Source: an uncultured delta proteobacterium (GTDB lineage: Bacteria > Desulfobacterota > Desulfobacteria > Desulfobacterales > JAHEIW01). Taken from it: a DNA stretch of 64,000 nt. Under the pieces are notes generated by a model that searched no databases, was not told the origin of the DNA, and saw only the letters and a list, made by a program, of their open reading frames with translations. The number at the start of each line of letters is the position of its first letter. The stretch's first letter is position 1. Positions 57,910-64,000 of the stretch are shown here, piece by piece. The DNA is taken from NCBI GenBank assembly GCA_963706575.1, contig CAVPNL010000004.1:128001-192000 (forward strand). Reading direction: 5' to 3'. The translations under genes and the position numbers were made by a program.

Positions 57910-59832
57910 ATGCCCAAACCGTTTTACGTCACAACTCCCATTTATTATGTGAACGCACGCCCGCATTTAGGGCACGCCTACACCACCATTATCGCCGATG
58001 TCATTACCCGCTTTCATTCCATGCGCCCGGCAGAAGTTTATTTCCTAACGGGAACCGACGAACATGGAGACAAGGTTGTACGAGCGGCTAAGAAGGAAAA
58101 CCTGAGCCCCAGGGCCTATGTCGACAAGATCAGCCATCTGTTTCGGGCGCTTTGGCCGGAGCTCAATGTTAACAATAATTACTTTATCCGCACAACCGAT
58201 GCCTCCCATATGGAGGTCGTCAGTCGAATTCTTCAAAAAATCTACGATGCGGGCGACATTTATTTTAGTGAATACTCGGGGCAGTACTGCTTCGGATGTG
58301 AGCGCTTTTATACCGATCGGGAACTGGTCGACGGCAAATGTCCGGATCATGAGACCGCGCCGGAGACGATTAAAGAATCAAATTATTTTTTTAAGATGAG
58401 CCGCTACCAGGACTGGCTCATCGCGCACATCAAAAAGCAGCCGGACTTTATCCGCCCTGAACGCTACCGCAATGAGGTTCTGGCATTTCTCAGAGAGCCG
58501 CTTGAAGATCTCTGTATATCCAGACCAAAAAGCCGACTGAAGTGGGGCATCACCCTTCCCTTCGATGAAAATTACGTCACTTACGTCTGGTTTGATGCCC
58601 TGTTAAATTATATTTCAGCACTTGGATACCCTGATGGTGAATTGTTTCAGAAGTTCTGGCCGGTGGCCCAACACATCGTCGCCAAAGATATTCTTAAACC
58701 CCATGGCATCTATTGGCCCTGTATGCTCAAAGCCGCCGGAATACCCGTATACCAACATTTGAACGTACACGGGTACTGGAATATTGAACAGAGTAAGATG
58801 TCGAAAAGTCTTGGTAATGTCATCGAACCGCTGGAACTTAAAAATCTCTACGGACTGGATGCCTTTCGGTTTTTTCTAATTCGCGAAATGAAGTTCGGAC
58901 TGGATTCAAGCTTTAGCCAGAGCGCTCTGGTGCAGCGGATCAATTCGGATTTGGCCAATGATCTCGGCAATCTTTTTTCCAGAATCATATCCATGGCTCA
59001 TAAATACTTCAAGGGCTGCGTCCCGCAAGTCGATCCTCAGGCGGAGCGGGAATTGAATCTCGATCTGCAATCCAACGCCCTGGAGACCACCAAGAATTTT
59101 GAAATCTTGATGGAAGCCTTTGAATTTCAAAAAGCACTGACGGCTGTGTGGGAATTTATCGCACAAATGAACAAAACGATTGATCTTACCGCCCCCTGGG
59201 TGCTGGCCAAGAAAAAATCAAGTCACAAGCAATTGGCAGCCGTTATTTACCATCTACTTGAAGGGCTTCGAATTATCTCGGGCCTGATTTATCCGGTAAT
59301 GCCGGATACGGCCAAAAAAATGCAACAACATCTCGGACTGAATCCGGACGATTCATTTTATCACCTCAATCAGCTTAGAACCTGGAAAGCGATCGCACCG
59401 GGGACAACCCTGATGAAATCGATTGCTTTATTTCCAAGAATTGAGATGGAAGAAGCGGCTTCGGATTCAGCCGCTCAACCGCAGGAGGAACCCGCTGTTT
59501 TGGAAATCAAACCCGAAATTACATTGGAGGAATTCAGCCGCATCGACTTGAGAGTGGCGACGGTCGTGCATGCCGAGCCAATCCCCAAAGCAAAGAAACT
59601 TTTAAAACTAGAAGTCGATATGGGACATAAACGAACCCTGGTAGCCGGAATTGCTGAAAAATACACAGCTGAAGAAATGGTCGGCAAACAGGTAATCGTT
59701 GTCGCCAATCTAAGACCCGCCAAACTCATGGGAGTGGTGTCCAACGGAATGTTGCTTGCCGCAGTTGACGATTCCGGCCCCACCCTGGCAACTCTGGAAA
59801 AAACCGTAGCACCCGGGACACCGCTCAAATAA
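57910..59832 (+). CDS. metG: Methionyl-tRNA synthetase
   Basis: TTPIYYVN..PHLGH, YVWFDAL, KMSKS, C-terminal tRNA-binding OB domain. Confidence 0.98.
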   Translation: MPKPFYVTTPIYYVNARPHLGHAYTTIIADVITRFHSMRPAEVYFLTGTDEHGDKVVRAAKKENLSPRAYVDKISHLFRALWPELNVNNNYFIRTTDASHMEVVSRILQKIYDAGDIYFSEYSGQYCFGCERFYTDRELVDGKCPDHETAPETIKESNYFFKMSRYQDWLIAHIKKQPDFIRPERYRNEVLAFLREPLEDLCISRPKSRLKWGITLPFDENYVTYVWFDALLNYISALGYPDGELFQKFWPVAQHIVAKDILKPHGIYWPCMLKAAGIPVYQHLNVHGYWNIEQSKMSKSLGNVIEPLELKNLYGLDAFRFFLIREMKFGLDSSFSQSALVQRINSDLANDLGNLFSRIISMAHKYFKGCVPQVDPQAERELNLDLQSNALETTKNFEILMEAFEFQKALTAVWEFIAQMNKTIDLTAPWVLAKKKSSHKQLAAVIYHLLEGLRIISGLIYPVMPDTAKKMQQHLGLNPDDSFYHLNQLRTWKAIAPGTTLMKSIALFPRIEMEEAASDSAAQPQEEPAVLEIKPEITLEEFSRIDLRVATVVHAEPIPKAKKLLKLEVDMGHKRTLVAGIAEKYTAEEMVGKQVIVVANLRPAKLMGVVSNGMLLAAVDDSGPTLATLEKTVAPGTPLK

Positions 59833-60082
59833 GGTTTCAGGTGTACCAGTGTTCAGGTGTCAGTGTTCAGGGTCAACAGATAAGTGCTGAGGACTGAGCA
59901 AAAAAACCTGCCTGCCAATCGACCCTTTCAACATGACCTGTCCTTTTTCGTCATGAATCGTCCTCCCGAGGTCATGGGTTGTCCTTTTCCGTCATGAGCC
60001 GGCACGGGGCCATTTTTGCCCCTTTCTATTTCAATGTACTTCAGACCTCAGTCCTCAGTCCTATCTTTTCAGACCTGAACCT
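59833..60082. repeat. Nested cassette: GGTGTCAG/GTTCAG arms and GAGGACT/AGTCCTC arms
   Basis: ggtttcaggtgt..gtgttcaggtgtcagtgttcag; agataagtgctgaggactgag (59878-59898) vs ctcagtcctcagtcctatct (60047-60066); cctgaacct. Confidence 0.65.
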
Positions 60083-60146
60083 GCCACAGAAAACTTGACC
60101 CCAGAAAGCCGATGAGCGATAATATTATTTTAGGCCAAATGCGAGT

Positions 60147-63100
60147 TTGCTATCAATCAATGATCAAAAAAAATACGAAATGAAATCATCCTTGAAAACC
60201 GAGAAAACAGAGCGGTGGCCGCTTTTAAGACGTATTCGTCATTTTTACCGCAACCGGATTCTCCGGACCCGATGGCTATTAGGGGCCAATGTTTATTTCG
60301 GAAAGTATGTTGACCGTCTCCCCGATGGATCCATTGTTTTTTTCCCTTGCAGTCAAACCACGCTTTGCTGCGGCATCGCCGGAATTGTTGCCTTTAAAAA
60401 CAAACCGAAGGAGCGTCATAACTTTAAGTTTGAATCACTTGAAGAAATGGTCCGGCAGATCGAAGACACCGGGTATCAGTCCTGCCAGCAAACCGACAGG
60501 TGGAATGATTGCTATCTGAGCGGCAGCGAAAAAATCGATGCCTTATGGCGCCGGGTTCAGACCCTAAAACTAGATGACCGCTTCTTTTCAGTGTTTTCAG
60601 ACGAAAGAGCACAAAACCAGATTGAACGGCTGGCAAATCACCTGGCAGCGATCATTCAAACTGAAACCGGCCTGCTGGCCGAACAAATGGGCCGCCTTTC
60701 ATCAGAACTTGTGGATCTGATTTCCCTGCGGATCGAAAAACTCAAGGATATCGCCTGGAGCCTTGAGAACGATATTCTTTCTAATATAAAAAAAGTAGGA
60801 GATTTTTTTATCCATGTCCACAGTCCTGAAGGGCCATCTCAGACAAGCGTCAGCGTGTTCAAAAAGATAAATGCCGTACTGAACAGCATTGACCGATTGG
60901 AAGTCAGGGGTAGAGATTCGGCCGGAATTTCCATAATGTTTATTTTCGACCCGCCTGGATTTCAAAAATTTGAAGCAGCCCTCACACAGGCCGGCATACG
61001 GGATCAATTTAATGATCGATGTGAACCGGACCTGCTGATCAACGGCGGAATCAACTGCCAGCCGTCGACAACATCGGACGGGAAAAATCAGGTGGCCGTT
61101 GCGGTGACCTATAAAATCGCCCTGGAAATCGGGAGCCTTGGAGACAACGTTCAATACCTGCGCCGGCAAATTGCAAATGATCCGATCTTTCAAATTCTGG
61201 CGACAATTCCGGCATCATTTGAAACGGTTGCGGCCCATACCCGCTGGGCATCGGTGGGTGCCATCACAGAAGCAAATTGCCATCCCGTCGACAATCAGGC
61301 GACCGGCGGAAAGACCCCAAAATGCGGCATCATTCATACCTGCCTCAACGGAGATATCGATAACTACCAGGAACTTAAGGCACAATTCGAAGGTAATGGC
61401 CAACACATTCACAGGGACATCACCACCGACACGAAGATGATTCCACTTAAGATCCAACAGTATCTCCAGCAGGGCCATCCAGTTGATGAGGCTTTTCGAC
61501 TGGCGGTCAACGATTTTGAAGGATCCCATGCCATCTCCATGCATACGGATCTGGCCCCCGGGAAGCTATTTCTGGCGCAAAGAGGCAGCGGCCAGGCTAT
61601 TTTTGTCGGAATCGCAGATGAGCATTATATTCCAAGCTCGGAAGTCTATGGTTTTGTAGAAGAGACCCCTTATTACCTTAAACTGGATGGTGAAAAAACC
61701 GTTGAAGGCATAAACGGGCAGACCCAGGGTCAAATTTTTATTTTAGACCCGCTAAGCAGCGGAGGGTTGGATGGTATCAACGCCCGGTATTATGACGGTA
61801 CACCGTTAGCCCTTAACGAAAACGACATTAAAATTACCGAAATTACGTCACGGGATATCGATCGCCAAAATTACCCGCACTATTTTTTAAAAGAAATCTC
61901 AGAATCACCGGATGCGGTTGAAAAAACACTGCAGAACCGCTGGAAGATTAAAGAGAATAATCAATCCCACTATACGATTGTGCTGGATGAAACCATCATT
62001 CCTCAATCCCTGCAAAAGGCACTGACAGCCGATCAAATTAAGCGCATCTTTTTTATCGGACAGGGCACCGCCGGGGTGGCCGCATTAGTCTGTGCGAATA
62101 CTCTGAATTATTATCTGAATAACCCTGCTATTCAGATCAGCGCCCTCAAAGCTTCAGAGTTCAGCGGTTTTCAATTAAACGAAAATGATGCCCAAAATGC
62201 CATGGCCGACACCCTGGTTGTCGCCATCAGTCAATCCGGCACCACCACCGACACCAACCGCACCGTTGACATGGTCAAAGAACGCGGCGCTTATACCCTG
62301 GCCATTGTCAACCGTCGCGACTCGGATATTACGTTTAAAGTCAACGGCGTGATGTATACCAGCAGTGGTCGTGATATCGAAATGTCGGTGGCTTCCACCA
62401 AAGCCTTTTATTCCCAAATCGTTGCCGGCGCCATTTTGGGACTTTATATCGCCAGATTAAAAAACCGCCGGGATGATGACTTTGTAAGCGAGGAAACCCA
62501 GCGTCTGCTGGCGCTTCCGTCGCACATGCGCAAAGTGCTCGCCATGCGAGAAGCCATTAAACAATCCGCCCAGCGGCTGGCGGTAACCAGAACCTACTGG
62601 GCGGCCGTTGGCAGCGGGCCGAACAAGGCGGCGGCCGACGAAATTCGCATCAAACTCAGCGAGCTTTGCTATAAAACGATTTCCTCGGATTATGTTGAGG
62701 ACAAAAAGCACATTGACCTGTCATCAGAGCCGTTGATTATCGTGTGTGCCGCGGGCACAAGAAGCACGGTCATTGGAGACATCATAAAAGATACGGCTAT
62801 TTTCAAAGCCCACAAAGCAACTCCGGTCGTCATCGCAAACGAGGGCGAAGATCGTTTTGCCCCTTATGCCGCCGATATTTTTCAGGTTCCGCCGGTTCAG
62901 GAGCATCTGGCCCCCATCTTAAACACGCTGGTGGGCCATATCTGGGGATATTATGCCGCCCTGGCCATCCATAGCGGCTCGCGGTTTTTATACCGATTCC
63001 ACGAAGACCTGCAAAACACCATTGATGGGTATGCCAAAGACGGATTGGATATTTACGAAATAATTCTTGAAAAACCATTCCGCGAAAAGGTGGCCCATTT

Positions 63101-63968
63101 TGATAAAGAATTTAGACGAAAAAAAGCAGCCAAACAGTTTCCGTCTGCAATCGGCTTTGACGCGACCTCGGACTTAACCCTTTTGCTCAAATATCTATCC
63201 GGAAGATTGCCGGTTTCAGACTTTGAGCTTGATTTTAGCCAGAAAGGCACCGCCACCAATATGCTCAATGAGATGTTTAAATGTCTGGGGGGTGCGGTTA
63301 ACTATCTGGCACGGCCGGTGGATGCGATTAAACACCAGGCGAAAACCGTCACGGTTGGAACCAGCCGGATCAGTGAACGTATGGAAGGCATCTTATTTGA
63401 CGCTTTGACAGCGGAAAAAATCAATATTTCTCAATTAACCGCCAACAACATTATCGTGTTGAAAAATCTTCAAGATATTGTCCACGAGATTCCCGGTTCC
63501 ATCCTTTATCGGATAGAGGGTTTAGATCTTTTGGGAGAGCCGGTTGATGAAACCACAATAAACGTTATCGCTAAAAGAGGGGCCGTAAAGAAGATCCCTT
63601 CCCGGGTTGAAACCGATGCCCAGTTAAAAGGAACTAAACGCATCATTGTCACACAGGGCAATGTTTATATCGGCAAAGGGCGCAAAGACGAGCGCAGCCT
63701 CGTGATCATACCGATCCTTTCGGGTTCACCTGAATCACCGAACATCATCGAACATCTGGTACTGCTGCATATAACATTTAAAGAAAATATCCCGCTGGGC
63801 GCTAAAATCAAAGCCCTGGGCGGAAAGTATGAACACATCAAAAATATTGTTCAGGAAAGCAGCATCAGCTGGGAGGATCAATTGCTTGAACTCATCGAAG
63901 TCCAGGAGTTGTTTGGAAGATCTGCTGAAAAGGTGGCTGAATTCATTGTATCACACATCAGCGCCTAA
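60147..63968 (+). CDS. glmS: Extended GlmS-like glutamine:fructose-6-phosphate aminotransferase (GATase-2 + two SIS domains); start may be ATG 60180
   Basis: CGIAG, LEVRGRDSAG, HTRWAS, NCHP, NGDIDNY, HYFLKEI, SQSGTTTDT, VASTKAF, AKTVTV. Confidence 0.85.
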   Translation: MLSINDQKKYEMKSSLKTEKTERWPLLRRIRHFYRNRILRTRWLLGANVYFGKYVDRLPDGSIVFFPCSQTTLCCGIAGIVAFKNKPKERHNFKFESLEEMVRQIEDTGYQSCQQTDRWNDCYLSGSEKIDALWRRVQTLKLDDRFFSVFSDERAQNQIERLANHLAAIIQTETGLLAEQMGRLSSELVDLISLRIEKLKDIAWSLENDILSNIKKVGDFFIHVHSPEGPSQTSVSVFKKINAVLNSIDRLEVRGRDSAGISIMFIFDPPGFQKFEAALTQAGIRDQFNDRCEPDLLINGGINCQPSTTSDGKNQVAVAVTYKIALEIGSLGDNVQYLRRQIANDPIFQILATIPASFETVAAHTRWASVGAITEANCHPVDNQATGGKTPKCGIIHTCLNGDIDNYQELKAQFEGNGQHIHRDITTDTKMIPLKIQQYLQQGHPVDEAFRLAVNDFEGSHAISMHTDLAPGKLFLAQRGSGQAIFVGIADEHYIPSSEVYGFVEETPYYLKLDGEKTVEGINGQTQGQIFILDPLSSGGLDGINARYYDGTPLALNENDIKITEITSRDIDRQNYPHYFLKEISESPDAVEKTLQNRWKIKENNQSHYTIVLDETIIPQSLQKALTADQIKRIFFIGQGTAGVAALVCANTLNYYLNNPAIQISALKASEFSGFQLNENDAQNAMADTLVVAISQSGTTTDTNRTVDMVKERGAYTLAIVNRRDSDITFKVNGVMYTSSGRDIEMSVASTKAFYSQIVAGAILGLYIARLKNRRDDDFVSEETQRLLALPSHMRKVLAMREAIKQSAQRLAVTRTYWAAVGSGPNKAAADEIRIKLSELCYKTISSDYVEDKKHIDLSSEPLIIVCAAGTRSTVIGDIIKDTAIFKAHKATPVVIANEGEDRFAPYAADIFQVPPVQEHLAPILNTLVGHIWGYYAALAIHSGSRFLYRFHEDLQNTIDGYAKDGLDIYEIILEKPFREKVAHFDKEFRRKKAAKQFPSAIGFDATSDLTLLLKYLSGRLPVSDFELDFSQKGTATNMLNEMFKCLGGAVNYLARPVDAIKHQAKTVTVGTSRISERMEGILFDALTAEKINISQLTANNIIVLKNLQDIVHEIPGSILYRIEGLDLLGEPVDETTINVIAKRGAVKKIPSRVETDAQLKGTKRIIVTQGNVYIGKGRKDERSLVIIPILSGSPESPNIIEHLVLLHITFKENIPLGAKIKALGGKYEHIKNIVQESSISWEDQLLELIEVQELFGRSAEKVAEFIVSHISA

Positions 63969-64000
63969 ATACCTGCCAATCCGGCGTTCGGTTCCCTTAT

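Noticed and set aside
59833..60180. glmS ribozyme upstream of the GlmS-like gene
   Set aside because: No recognisable conserved core; the region is explained by repeat arms

Overview
Chromosomal window from a Desulfobacterales sulfate reducer (Desulfosarcina/Desulfococcus-like; the 16S contains TCCACTTCCCTCTCCCAT at 7925-7942, which I recall as the DSS658 probe sequence). Mostly housekeeping: an hsp20 pair, a complete rrn operon (16S-tRNA-Ile-tRNA-Ala-23S-5S, minus strand), tyrS, rny, 6S RNA, zapAB, a short glmU, atpF'FHAGDC, mreBCD-mrdA-rodA, ftsK, rnj, tmk, surE, lptD, holB, metG. The most unusual part is an accessory block next to tRNA-Pro (about 29.4-35.6 kb). It encodes a pyrrolysine-free MtmB-like methyltransferase, a corrinoid protein and an MtaA/MtbA-type thiol methyltransferase. 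Facing them divergently is a chimeric protein: an apparently dead, truncated tyrosine-recombinase core fused to a GntR/FCD regulator. Other notable items are a cysteine synthase-CysRS fusion with degenerate synthetase motifs, a double-sized GlmS whose catalytic Cys is not N-terminal, a MITE overlapping the rny stop codon, and a 3'-end duplication of tRNA-Ala. Many intergenic spacers also hold inverted, often nested, arrays of 7-9 bp tandem repeats. Several frameshifts in essential genes (atpF', atpF, glmU) are most likely assembly indels. All calls come from reading motifs by eye; no database searches were run.
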